Origin: Myxococcota bacterium
Lineage (GTDB): Bacteria; Myxococcota; UBA4151
Assembly: GCA_036338695.1 (NCBI GenBank)
Contig: JAYZBQ010000086.1
Location: forward strand, 1 to 47,248
Direction: 5' to 3'
DNA: 47,248 bases
Part shown: piece after piece, positions 28,178-37,322 of the stretch
Layout of the letters: each line of letters begins with the position of its first letter
Position numbering within the stretch: position 1 is the first letter of the stretch
Notes under the pieces: model-generated
What the model saw: the letters and a program-made list of their open reading frames with translations, nothing else
The model's database searches: none
What the model was told of the DNA's origin: nothing
Program-made: the position numbers and the translations under genes

Positions 28178-29005
28178 TTATCCTTCGGGCGGTGACGCTT
28201 GAAGGGTGTTGAGGTCAAAAGATGCCCCATGAGGCAGAATATGGACGCGGACGTCGGTCATGCACAGCGGCTCACCCTCGCGCGCCTCAGCGATGGAGGA
28301 GTGGCTGAGCTGTGAGACGTCCACCACGGTGATGGCGCCAGAGCCGACCGCATGGATCACGTTCTCGGGCGAGATGAAGGCGGCGGTGTCTTCGTCGAGG
28401 CCTAAACCCACCGCAAAGGGGTTGAAGCTCAGCGCGCTCAACAGGCGCCCTAGGCGATCTCGCTCACGAAAGTGTTGGTCGATCAGGAAGCGGTTGGTCA
28501 GCCCCAAACCGGGCGCCAAGGACACCATGCCGGCCTTCGGCGTGCCGCCGATGCCGCCGTAAGCGATCATATGCTCGGGCAGGATCGCCGCACCGGCTGA
28601 CGTCCCGCCGACGGTCACGCCGCGCGCGTTCAATCGGCGAACGAGCGCCGCGACGGCGGTGCCGCCCAAGGTCGCCGACAGGCGCAGCTGGTTGCCTCCT
28701 GTAAAGAAGACACCGGTCGCTTCGTTCAGAGTGTCCAGCCAGTCCGCATCCTCGGTGTCGGCGCGCTCACGATAAGGCAGCGATTTTGCCTTGTGCGCGC
28801 CCAGCTCGACGAAGAGGTCTTCGTATTGGGTGCCGGTCTCATCGAGCGCCGATGCGGTTGGGATGATGGCGATCTTCGCCTCATCACCGCCGCTTAGGCG
28901 GACAAAGCGCTGCAGAATCTTGGGGTGCCCGACCTTCTCTTCGGCGCCACCGACCGGGATGATCCACCCCCGAGTCTCGTCCTGTTCACTGCGTGCTGGG
29001 CTCAT
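28178..29005 (-). CDS. cphB: Cyanophycinase (intracellular)
   Basis: PVGGAEEK, IIPTAS, FFTGGNQ, GTSAGA (Ser), IDQHF..R.R.GRL (His), GLDEDT (Glu). No signal peptide. Confidence 0.95.
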   Translation of the reverse strand: MSPARSEQDETRGWIIPVGGAEEKVGHPKILQRFVRLSGGDEAKIAIIPTASALDETGTQYEDLFVELGAHKAKSLPYRERADTEDADWLDTLNEATGVFFTGGNQLRLSATLGGTAVAALVRRLNARGVTVGGTSAGAAILPEHMIAYGGIGGTPKAGMVSLAPGLGLTNRFLIDQHFRERDRLGRLLSALSFNPFAVGLGLDEDTAAFISPENVIHAVGSGAITVVDVSQLSHSSIAEAREGEPLCMTDVRVHILPHGASFDLNTLQASPPEG

Positions 29006-30168
29006 GCGCTTGATCCTTCAAAGGTGCCGCGACGAAGCAATTTTTTGTCGCGCATCATCCACTGCCCCCGTGAGAGGACGGAGATGACCTGGTGGTTTGG
29101 TGAGAGGACGACGAGGTCGGCGTCGAGCCCGACCTCGATGCGGCCTTTGCGAGTCAGACCGGCGATCCGTGCTGGGTTCGACGTAAACACAGGCAGGACA
29201 CGCTCGAGCGGTAGGCCCGCCTCGAGCAGCTCGGCGAGCGTCTCGATCAAGGTGACGGGCTGACCGATGTCCATGTGGGTCATGTGGCCATGCTCGTCAA
29301 AGACGGGCAGGCACCCTGCGCCGTCGCTGCTGCAGGTCAGGTTGTTGAGGTCGCAGCCTGCTTTGATCCATCGCTCGATGGACTCGGCGGCGCTGTAGCT
29401 GTCATCGTCGGCTGGGAAGGCGGTGACATCCATCGGTACCCCGCGTTCGCTCAGCTTGAGCGCCTCAGCGAACAGCGCTTTGCGTCGGTTGATGTGCGTG
29501 GGGTGGAACACGCGCGCAGGCAGCTCGCTCTCGTCGAGCGCTCGTCGTATGAGCTCAAAACCCCTCGATCCATCTCCCATGTGCAGGTGTGAGAACCCTG
29601 ACTTGCCTGAGATCATCCCCGCGACATAGGCGTCTGAGACCAGGCGCAAAAACTCGCTGAGCGTGGGTTGTGATGAGCGGTGGTCGCTGAGGGCGAACTC
29701 ACCGACGCCGATGACTGGGTCGATGAAGACGATGTCGTCGCGCACGGAGCCAGTGAGCGTGATCGGTGGGTACTGATAACTGCCGGTGTAGCACCACGCC
29801 GAGAGGCCCTGCTCGCGCAAGCCCAGCGTCGTGGCCACCAGCTCGCGCATCGTGCGGGTGCTGCCGTCCGTCCCAAGAACGCCCACGCAGCTCGTGATGC
29901 CTGCGCGCACGAAGCGGCTGAGCGCCAGCGGTGGGACCCGCGAGGCGAAGCCGTCCTCGCCGCCGCCGCCCGTCACGTGGACGTGGCAGTCGACCAACCC
30001 GGGCACGACGCGCCGACCCTCGAGGTCGACCTCTTCGACGGCCTCAGCGCCGCCCAGTGCAGGGAGGTTCTTGCCGATGGCGAGGACCTGGCCGCCGCCG
30101 ATGAGCAGGTCGCGCAGGCCGACGGCGTGCGGGGCATAGAGATCAGCGTGCCGTAGCAAGGTGAGCAT
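29002..30168 (-). CDS. iadA: Isoaspartyl dipeptidase (beta-aspartyl peptidase)
   Basis: DCHVHVTGGGGE, GVLGTDG, YTGSY, GVGEFALSDHRSSQP, HLHMGDG, HPTHINR, SSDG. Stop overlaps the cphB start (ATGA). Confidence 0.94.
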   Translation of the reverse strand: MLTLLRHADLYAPHAVGLRDLLIGGGQVLAIGKNLPALGGAEAVEEVDLEGRRVVPGLVDCHVHVTGGGGEDGFASRVPPLALSRFVRAGITSCVGVLGTDGSTRTMRELVATTLGLREQGLSAWCYTGSYQYPPITLTGSVRDDIVFIDPVIGVGEFALSDHRSSQPTLSEFLRLVSDAYVAGMISGKSGFSHLHMGDGSRGFELIRRALDESELPARVFHPTHINRRKALFAEALKLSERGVPMDVTAFPADDDSYSAAESIERWIKAGCDLNNLTCSSDGAGCLPVFDEHGHMTHMDIGQPVTLIETLAELLEAGLPLERVLPVFTSNPARIAGLTRKGRIEVGLDADLVVLSPNHQVISVLSRGQWMMRDKKLLRRGTFEGSSA

Positions 30169-30387
30169 AAGAGTCGCTCGCTTTCGTCGCTCGTCGCCTC
30201 AGAGTGCAAGCGCCCTCGCGCGCAATACGCAGCCGCGCAAGGGGTGTTTGCAGGTAGGACCGCTTCGACTCGGTGGTCCGGTCGTATGGGCCGCCGGCGG
30301 TCGCGGTGGCGAACGGTTGCCTATAGCCGGGTTGATCGACGGGCTAAGTTCGGTCACAACCGAAGGCGTCGACGGGTCGAGGAGCTC

Positions 30388-31134
30388 ATGATGTGGATGG
30401 TGTTGGTCGCCTCGGCGCCTTGGTTCTTTGCGTCTCCTGCTGCGGCGAAGCCGGTCGATGCGAAGTCGCTTAAGGCGCTGCTGCAGCAGGTCGACGAGAG
30501 CAGCCGCGGTGCGTCGAGCCACAGCGTGATGCGGATGCGCGTCAAGACAAAGCGTTACGAGCGCAGCATGACCATGGAGGGTTGGTCCAAGGGGAGCGAT
30601 TACAGCCTGACGCGGTTTCTCGAGCCGGCTAAAGATCGCGGGATGGCGACCCTCAAGGTCAAGGACAAGCTGTGGAACTACCTACCCAACACCGACCGGA
30701 CCATGCGCGTGCCGAGCGCCATGATGAGCGGCGCCTACATGGGCAGCCACATCACCAACGATGACCTCGTCCAAGGGACCCGGTTGAGCGACGACTATCT
30801 CTTCGAGCTGGCGCCGCAGGCGCCCGTCGCAGGTCAAAAGACGATCCGCTGCACACCCAAGCCAAAAACGCCGGTCGTGTGGGGTTATGTTGACGTCACG
30901 GTGACCGACGACGGCGTCCCGCTCGAGCAGGTTTTCTATTCGGAAAAGGGCGTCAAAGTGCGCACCATGAGCTACACCGACCTCAAGCCGGTCGCGGGCA
31001 AAATGGTACCCCACCGGATGCGTTTTACGCCGCATGATAAGCCAGGTGAATTCACGGAAATCCTCATTGAAAAGCTGGAGCTTGATGTCCGCTTGGACGA
31101 GCGGCTCTTTAGCTTGCAGTCGTTGAGAGACTAA
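30388..31134 (+). CDS. Outer-membrane lipoprotein-sorting (LolA-like) periplasmic protein
   Basis: AGGAG RBS before ATG at 30388; signal peptide; PAKDRGMATL, LWNYLP, YMGSHITNDDL; ends FSLQSL. Confidence 0.82.
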   Translation: MMWMVLVASAPWFFASPAAAKPVDAKSLKALLQQVDESSRGASSHSVMRMRVKTKRYERSMTMEGWSKGSDYSLTRFLEPAKDRGMATLKVKDKLWNYLPNTDRTMRVPSAMMSGAYMGSHITNDDLVQGTRLSDDYLFELAPQAPVAGQKTIRCTPKPKTPVVWGYVDVTVTDDGVPLEQVFYSEKGVKVRTMSYTDLKPVAGKMVPHRMRFTPHDKPGEFTEILIEKLELDVRLDERLFSLQSLRD

Positions 31135-32352
31135 GTGCTCGCTCAGATCGCATGGCGCAACCTGTGGCGTAACAAGAGGCGGACGGTCCTGACCGCGTTG
31201 ACCATGGGTCTGGGCGTGGCGTTTTGTATCTGGATGGCGTCGTATACCGGCGGATTTATGCAGGTGATGCGCGGCGCCACGGTCGATCGCAGCACCGGCC
31301 ACATTCAGATTAACCATCGAGACTACCCCGAAACCCAGAACCCGTACGACGTGGTCCCAGAAGCCGCCGCGGTGATCGCGCAACTGCGCACCCGGGATGG
31401 GATCAAAACGGTCGCACCTCGAGTGCAGGCCTACGCCATGTTCGCAGGAGACGATGATAAGGCGGCGCCGGGCAAACTGATGGGCGTCGACCGTGTCGCG
31501 GAAGCGCGCATGACGGAGTTGGACCAGCGCATCGAGGAGGGCACCTGGCTCAGCGCTGAAGGGCAGGCGGTTATCGGGCGCGAGCTCGCCGACAAGACGC
31601 AGTTGAAGGTTGGCGATCAGCTCTTGGTCGTGGCCAGCGCGCTCGACGGGAGCATCGCTAATCAGGTGTACCCCGTGGTTGGGATCTATTCGACCGGCAA
31701 CGTCGCCACCGACAGCGGCGCCGTGCTGCCGCTGAGTACAGCCCAAGAGCTGTTGGTCCTCGGCGATGGCGTGCACGAGGTGGTCGTGGTCACCGAAGCC
31801 TTCGATCGTATCGCTCAGAGCACCGCCGAACTCTCCGCACAGTGGAGCGATTTAGCGGTTCGCGCCTGGACCGAGATCGCGCCGGAGCTGGTGCAGATGG
31901 AGGGGATGATGTCGGCGTCGAGCTACATTATGGTGGCGATCATCATGTTCTTGACCGGCTTTATGATCATCAACACGCTGCTCATGTCCGTCTACGAGCG
32001 CACCCGGGAGCTGGGTCTGTTGATCTCGCTCGGCTTGCAGCCCTCAAAGATTGTCCAGATGATCTTACTCGAGTCGGGTCTGATGGGGCTCGTCTCCTGC
32101 GCTTTAGGTGTTGCGCTCGGTTGGTGTGCGCATCTTGCGATGGTGTACGTCGGCTTCCCGCTCGAGGTTGAGGACGGGAAGGGCTTTGTCTTTAACGGGG
32201 TGATGCTCGACCCGGTCATTTATGGCTCGTTGGACCCGAGCGCGCTGGTGCTGCCGCTGATGGCGGTGATGTTGACTGCTCTGCTCGGCGGTTTGTGGCC
32301 GGCAGTCAGGGCGGCGCGCTTGGACCCCATCGTGGCGCTGGCGCAGGAGTAG
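31135..32352 (+). CDS. ABC transporter permease (FtsX/LolC-E/MacB-like)
   Basis: IAWRNLWRNKRRT, GHIQI, INTLLMSVYERTRELG, PAVRAARLDPIVAL. Confidence 0.9.
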   Translation: MLAQIAWRNLWRNKRRTVLTALTMGLGVAFCIWMASYTGGFMQVMRGATVDRSTGHIQINHRDYPETQNPYDVVPEAAAVIAQLRTRDGIKTVAPRVQAYAMFAGDDDKAAPGKLMGVDRVAEARMTELDQRIEEGTWLSAEGQAVIGRELADKTQLKVGDQLLVVASALDGSIANQVYPVVGIYSTGNVATDSGAVLPLSTAQELLVLGDGVHEVVVVTEAFDRIAQSTAELSAQWSDLAVRAWTEIAPELVQMEGMMSASSYIMVAIIMFLTGFMIINTLLMSVYERTRELGLLISLGLQPSKIVQMILLESGLMGLVSCALGVALGWCAHLAMVYVGFPLEVEDGKGFVFNGVMLDPVIYGSLDPSALVLPLMAVMLTALLGGLWPAVRAARLDPIVALAQE

Positions 32353-32355
32353 GTC

Positions 32356-33579
32356 ATGATCTTTCGCCTGGCTTATCGAAACCTGACGCGGCGGCCGACG
32401 CAGAGTTTTCTAGCGGCTGGGGCGGTGGCAGGTAGCCTCATGATTTTGATCGCCACCACCAATTTTCAAGAGGGTGCTTGGGTCAACGTGGTTCGAGATA
32501 CGGTGCGCGCCGCCGCCGGACATGTCGTCGTTCAGCCGCTGGGCTATCAAAAGAGTAAGGACCCTGAGTTGCTCATCCCAGACTCCTCGGCGCTGGCGAA
32601 GCGCCTCGCCGATGCGCACCCGGATACGACGGTCTTGAGGCGAATTTTTGTCGGCGGGATGATCGCCTCGCCGAACAACTCGGTAGCCGTTGCGCTCAAC
32701 GGGGTCGAGCCGGAAGCCGAGCGCGCCATCAGCCAGATTCCTGACAAGCTCAAAGAGGGCGCCTGGCTGCAGCCGGACTCTGACGGCGAGGTGTTGATCG
32801 GCGTGACGCTGGCGAAGCGGTTGCAGGTCAGCGTCGGTGATAAGGTCGTGGTCACGTCGAGTCGAAAGGGCGAGCTTCAGGGGTTCCCGTTTCGCGTTGC
32901 GGGCACGTTTGAGGTGGGCTCGGCGGCGATGGACGCCTTCTTCGTGCTCGCCACGCTCTCGGCGGTTCAGAACCTGATCCCGGATGTTCAGGACCCAGCG
33001 ACTCAAGTTGCGGTTCAGGTGGCTGAGTTTGAGGCGCCGAGCAGCTTACTCGGTGCGATCACATCCGCAGCGGGTGACGGGTTCGAGGTCCTGCCGTGGG
33101 AGGAGGCGCTGTCGACCCTGTACAATGCGCGCAGGCTCGATCGAGTCAGCAGCGCCGTCACGCTCGGTTTCTTAGCGATCCTCTCGACCATCGGGATCCT
33201 CAACGTCCTGCTGATGAGCCTGTTTCAGCGGACCCGAGAGATGGGGATGCTGCAGGCGCTTGGGATGCGCCCGTTCGGTTTGACCCGACTGCTCATGGCT
33301 GAGGGGCTCCTGCTGGGCGCCTTTGGCGTTTTGCTGGGTTTGGCGCTGGGTCTCGCCGTCTCGTTTCCACTGGTCGAGTATGGGTTTGACTATGCGATGA
33401 TGCAGGACGCAACGCCGGTGAGCGGGGTCGCCATGGACACACACATCAACGGAATCTACGCCTGGACGCAGACGGTGGCTTGGAGCGTCGCGCATCTAGG
33501 GTTTGCCGTCCTCGCTGCGCTGTGGCCGGCGGTCAGGGCGGGGCGGCTCGAGGCGGTCGAGTCCTTGCGTGCGCATTAG
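32356..33579 (+). CDS. ABC transporter permease (FtsX/LolC-E/MacB-like), second copy
   Basis: LAYRNL.R, LNVLLMSLFQRTREMG, PAVRAGRLEAVESLR. Confidence 0.9.
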   Translation: MIFRLAYRNLTRRPTQSFLAAGAVAGSLMILIATTNFQEGAWVNVVRDTVRAAAGHVVVQPLGYQKSKDPELLIPDSSALAKRLADAHPDTTVLRRIFVGGMIASPNNSVAVALNGVEPEAERAISQIPDKLKEGAWLQPDSDGEVLIGVTLAKRLQVSVGDKVVVTSSRKGELQGFPFRVAGTFEVGSAAMDAFFVLATLSAVQNLIPDVQDPATQVAVQVAEFEAPSSLLGAITSAAGDGFEVLPWEEALSTLYNARRLDRVSSAVTLGFLAILSTIGILNVLLMSLFQRTREMGMLQALGMRPFGLTRLLMAEGLLLGAFGVLLGLALGLAVSFPLVEYGFDYAMMQDATPVSGVAMDTHINGIYAWTQTVAWSVAHLGFAVLAALWPAVRAGRLEAVESLRAH

Positions 33580-33593
33580 GCTTTGGAGGATTT

Positions 33594-34277
33594 ATGGCGA
33601 TTGTAGCGATCGAGAACGCCTCGCGTCACTACCAAGATGGCGAGCATCTCGTGAAGGCGCTGTGCGGGCTCACGCTGACGCTCGAGCAGGGCGAGTTTAC
33701 CGCCATCATGGGGCCCTCGGGTTCGGGTAAGACCACCTTACTCAATCTGATCGGAGGCTTAGATACCCCCACCGAGGGCCGGGTGACCGTGTCGGGTGCG
33801 GAGGTGAGCGCGATGAGCAAAGCGGAGCGTAGTGACCTGCGCCGAGACCACGTGGGGTTTATCTTTCAGTCGTACAACCTGATCCCCGTGCTCACCGCAC
33901 GTGAAAACACGGAGTTCGTGCTTTTGTTACAAGGCAAGAGCGCCGAGGAGCGGCGGCAGCGCGCCGCCGAGGTGCTCGCAGCGGTCGGCTTGAAGGGGAT
34001 GGAAGATCGCCGCCCGTCGGAGCTCTCTGGGGGACAACAACAGCGTGTGGCGGTGGCGCGAGCGATCGCCACCAACCCGAGCATCATTCTAGCGGACGAG
34101 CCGACCGCCAATCTCGACTCGGAGACCAAGCAGGATCTGATCGCGTTGATGCGGCGCATGAACGAAGAGCAGGGTGTGACCTTTTTGTTCTCGACCCATG
34201 ATCCTGAGGTCATCGACGTCGCGCGGCGCGTCGTGAGGATGCGCGATGGCAACATCGAGAGCGATGAGCGGCGCTAA
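33594..34277 (+). CDS. ABC transporter ATP-binding protein (LolD/MacB-like)
   Basis: GGAGG RBS before ATG at 33594; GPSGSGKTT, GFIFQSYNL, LSGGQQQRV, ILADEPTANLD, STHD. Confidence 0.93.
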   Translation: MAIVAIENASRHYQDGEHLVKALCGLTLTLEQGEFTAIMGPSGSGKTTLLNLIGGLDTPTEGRVTVSGAEVSAMSKAERSDLRRDHVGFIFQSYNLIPVLTARENTEFVLLLQGKSAEERRQRAAEVLAAVGLKGMEDRRPSELSGGQQQRVAVARAIATNPSIILADEPTANLDSETKQDLIALMRRMNEEQGVTFLFSTHDPEVIDVARRVVRMRDGNIESDERR

Positions 34278-35511
34278 GGCGTTAGCCCGAAGTAGCCTCT
34301 GGCTGGCGCTGTTGGTCCACCCCAGCCTGGCCTCGGCGCGCTCGGCGCTCGATACCACCGGCCACCTTAAGCTGTTCTCGCTGGGTACCTTTCCAGCACC
34401 GTACGAGAACGAGGTGCCTGGCGCGCTGCTCGGAGCCTCCGGTTCCTCGGTTGCGGACGGCCGCCTCAAGCTGGTGTGGCGGCCGCGTCGCGCGCTGCGC
34501 CTCGAGCTCCACCCGACGCTGACGATGACGCAAGGGCAAGCCTCGCTGGGGCTCGATACAGGCGTAGCTCGTCGCGCCGATGAGCTCCTCCCCTTGAGTT
34601 ACGACTGGGTCGATGATCCGCAGCTGAGCCTGCGCGCCCGGCTCGATCGCGCCAGCCTGCGCTGGGACATCCATCGGTTGAGACTCACCCTGGGTCGCCA
34701 GCCTGTCACCTTCGGGAAGGGGCGCGTTTTTACGCCGCTCGACCTCGTGGCGCCCTTTGCGCCGACGACCATTGATAACAGCTACAAGGCGGGTGTGGAT
34801 GCGCTGAGGTTGGACTGGTTTGAGGGGATGTCTGGCCGCATCACGCTGCTCGGCGCGTACCTCGCTCAAGCTGGCGAGCGCTTCGATGCCTTCGCATGGC
34901 GCGACGCCGCCTTTGTCGCGCACGGCAAAGGCAGCGTTGGCGATGCGCTTGAGGTGGAGGGCTTCGCGGGGTGGCTCTTTGATGAGCCGGTGCTCGGGGT
35001 CTCGATGTTCTACGACGGCGGCTCGATCGGTACCTACGGTGACCTTAACTGGACGCACACAGACGCGGGCGCCTTCGTGCGATCCGTCTTGGGGGCTCAG
35101 TACAAACCGACCGCCAAAACCTTCATCAACATCGAGCTCTACGTGCAGACCCTGGGTGCGTCCGCTCCCGATGACTATCTGACTCAGCTCGCCGGCGAAC
35201 GGTATCAGCGCGGTGAGTTGGTGCAGCTAGGTCGTCTTTATGGAGCGATTCTCGGCAGCTATCAGCTGGCCCCCTTGTGGACGCTGGGCGGCGCGGTGCT
35301 CGTGAACGCCGAGGATCCTAGCGTGATGGCGATGCCCAGCTTGACCTGGAGCGCAGGGGATCAAGCGACGCTGAGTTTGGGGGCGCTCGCCGGTCTAGGG
35401 CGCAGGCCAACCTTGTCGTTGCCCACAGCGGGGCCGGCGCAGCTTGCCCTCGGCAGTGAGTATGGCTCCGTTCCTTTGACCGTCTATGTCCAGGGCGCAT
35501 TTTTCTTCTGA
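34264..35511 (+). CDS. Putative outer-membrane beta-barrel protein
   Basis: Signal peptide, LDRASL, LTLGRQPVTFG..F.PLD, GVDA, amphipathic strands, C-terminal Phe. Confidence 0.7.
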   Translation: MSGAKALARSSLWLALLVHPSLASARSALDTTGHLKLFSLGTFPAPYENEVPGALLGASGSSVADGRLKLVWRPRRALRLELHPTLTMTQGQASLGLDTGVARRADELLPLSYDWVDDPQLSLRARLDRASLRWDIHRLRLTLGRQPVTFGKGRVFTPLDLVAPFAPTTIDNSYKAGVDALRLDWFEGMSGRITLLGAYLAQAGERFDAFAWRDAAFVAHGKGSVGDALEVEGFAGWLFDEPVLGVSMFYDGGSIGTYGDLNWTHTDAGAFVRSVLGAQYKPTAKTFINIELYVQTLGASAPDDYLTQLAGERYQRGELVQLGRLYGAILGSYQLAPLWTLGGAVLVNAEDPSVMAMPSLTWSAGDQATLSLGALAGLGRRPTLSLPTAGPAQLALGSEYGSVPLTVYVQGAFFF

Positions 35512-35570
35512 GCTGTCGCCGGGTGCGTCGGCAGGCACGTACCCCCCTAGCCAGGCGCCGGCATTGTGCA

Positions 35571-35592
35571 TTATCGACTAGCCAGATGATAA
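35571..35592. promoter_or_regulatory. Putative TetR operator (imperfect palindrome)
   Basis: TTATCGACTAGCCAGATGATAA, with 16 of 22 positions self-complementary, ending 17 nt before the tetR ATG. Confidence 0.45.
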
Positions 35593-35609
35593 CCAGCGGC
35601 GAGGTTGCG

Positions 35610-36209
35610 ATGGGACGCCCCAGAAAAGATGCGATTAAGGTGCCCACCAAGCTGCGGATTTTGACCTCGGCTGAGACCCACTTTGGCGAGTTCGGTTACG
35701 ACTCCGCATCGCTCGCCGACATCGCCAGCAGCGCCGGGATCCGGCGCGCCTCGCTGCTCTACCATTACGGCAGCAAAGAGAAGCTCTACCTCGCAGTCCA
35801 AGAGGCGCTCTTTGCTGATCTGGCACAGGCTCTAGCCCCGAGTTTTGTCTCGCAGGCACCCTTCGCGAAGCGCCTCATGGGGATGACCAGCGACTACCTG
35901 ACCTTCCTGAGCGACCGACCGACTTTCTCGGCGATCGTGGTGCGTGACCTGATCGATGATCGGGGCGCGGCGCGTGCGCGTATCCTCGAATTCTTGGACC
36001 CGGTGATCACGACCGTCGAGCGCTGGATCGCGAGCGAGGGGAGCGGGATCGTTCGACCCGGCCTGAACCTGCGCGCGGCGCTCTTGATGATCAGCAGCGA
36101 TGCGCTTCTGCGCCAAGCGACCGGGCCGCTCGGGCAACAGCTCTGGGCCGACCCGAAGGTGTCTATTGAGTTGAGTCGCCAGCTATTTTTTGGTGACTCC
36201 GCGACCTGA
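35610..36209 (+). CDS. TetR/AcrR family transcriptional regulator
   Basis: GAGGT RBS before ATG at 35610; MGRPRK; HTH FGEFGYDSASLADIASSAGIRRASLLYHYGSKEKLY. Confidence 0.92.
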   Translation: MGRPRKDAIKVPTKLRILTSAETHFGEFGYDSASLADIASSAGIRRASLLYHYGSKEKLYLAVQEALFADLAQALAPSFVSQAPFAKRLMGMTSDYLTFLSDRPTFSAIVVRDLIDDRGAARARILEFLDPVITTVERWIASEGSGIVRPGLNLRAALLMISSDALLRQATGPLGQQLWADPKVSIELSRQLFFGDSAT

Positions 36210-36265
36210 CGGATAGCAAAAACGACAAAAATCTCCTCAGTAGTAGGTTATTGTAGGAGTCCGTC

Positions 36266-37315
36266 ATGCGTCTTGCGTTCGCCGCACCACTCATTGTTTT
36301 CGCCGCTTGTGGCGCGCCCACCGAACCGAGCGGTCAGCGCATCGTGACCGCCGACGCCGGCACCTCCGCAGCTCCGGTTGACGCCGGTACGCAGGTCACG
36401 CCGGACGCCGGCAGCTCGCCTGTTGATGCCGGCGCTGCCCGCCGTGACACCGGCGCCGAGGCGGATTCAGGCTCAGCGCCGACGCCCGATGCGGGCGCTC
36501 CGGAACCTGTCGACGCCGGCGCGCCGCCGGATGACTCGGGCGATGCCCCCGATTACACGGGGCGCGGAGCGACACAGTTCACGCGTGAAGAGCTGCGCGT
36601 CGCCGCCTCTCCCCGCTGCACCATGACCGCCGTTCGGTTTCAGCCGCAAAACCGCCGCGTCGAGGGCTACGCGCTCTTTCTTCACGGCTTTGCGCGCGGC
36701 CGGTCGCAGTTCTTGGGTTGGGGTGAGCACTTAGCCTCTCATGGGATCGAAGCGATCGTCTCCGACCTGTGTTTCGCTTCGATCAGCGGCGTGGACCCGG
36801 TCGCTGGTGGCGAAGCGGTGGCCACCCTCATCGAGCAGGTCGGCGATTTGCCGGTCGTGATTATCGGTCACAGCGCCGGCAGCATGGCTGCTTTAGTCGC
36901 CGGCGTGAACGCCGACGCCACGGTGGCGGTGCTCGGGTTAGACCCTGTCGCCCCGCGCGAGGGGAACCTCGATGAGCAAGCAGCCGACCTAGAGGGCATG
37001 CTCGCAGCCATCGCTGGAGACCCCTCTCAGTGCAATTCGAACAACAGCGGCGTGGCCATCTATCAACGAGGCAGCGCCCAGACGCTGTCCGTCGCCCAAG
37101 CGACGCACTGCGATTTTGAGGCGCCCTCGAACTTCCTGTGCACCGCAACCTGCGGCGGTACCGGTGGACCGACCGTCGAAGCGACGGTCCGCCAGCTCGT
37201 GACGGCTTACGCAGCGTGGAAACTTGGCCTCGATGAGGCTGCAAGCTGGTGGGATCTGGAGTCACCTGCGCTGAGTCAATGGATCGAGGCAGGGCGGGTC
37301 GCGCCGGTCCGCTAG
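36266..37315 (+). CDS. Lipoprotein alpha/beta hydrolase (chlorophyllase/cutinase-like)
   Basis: Lipobox FAAC, DAG-repeat linker, FLHGF, LASHG, GHSAG, GLDPV, ATHCDF. Confidence 0.78.
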   Translation: MRLAFAAPLIVFAACGAPTEPSGQRIVTADAGTSAAPVDAGTQVTPDAGSSPVDAGAARRDTGAEADSGSAPTPDAGAPEPVDAGAPPDDSGDAPDYTGRGATQFTREELRVAASPRCTMTAVRFQPQNRRVEGYALFLHGFARGRSQFLGWGEHLASHGIEAIVSDLCFASISGVDPVAGGEAVATLIEQVGDLPVVIIGHSAGSMAALVAGVNADATVAVLGLDPVAPREGNLDEQAADLEGMLAAIAGDPSQCNSNNSGVAIYQRGSAQTLSVAQATHCDFEAPSNFLCTATCGGTGGPTVEATVRQLVTAYAAWKLGLDEAASWWDLESPALSQWIEAGRVAPVR

Positions 37316-37322
37316 AGGACGT

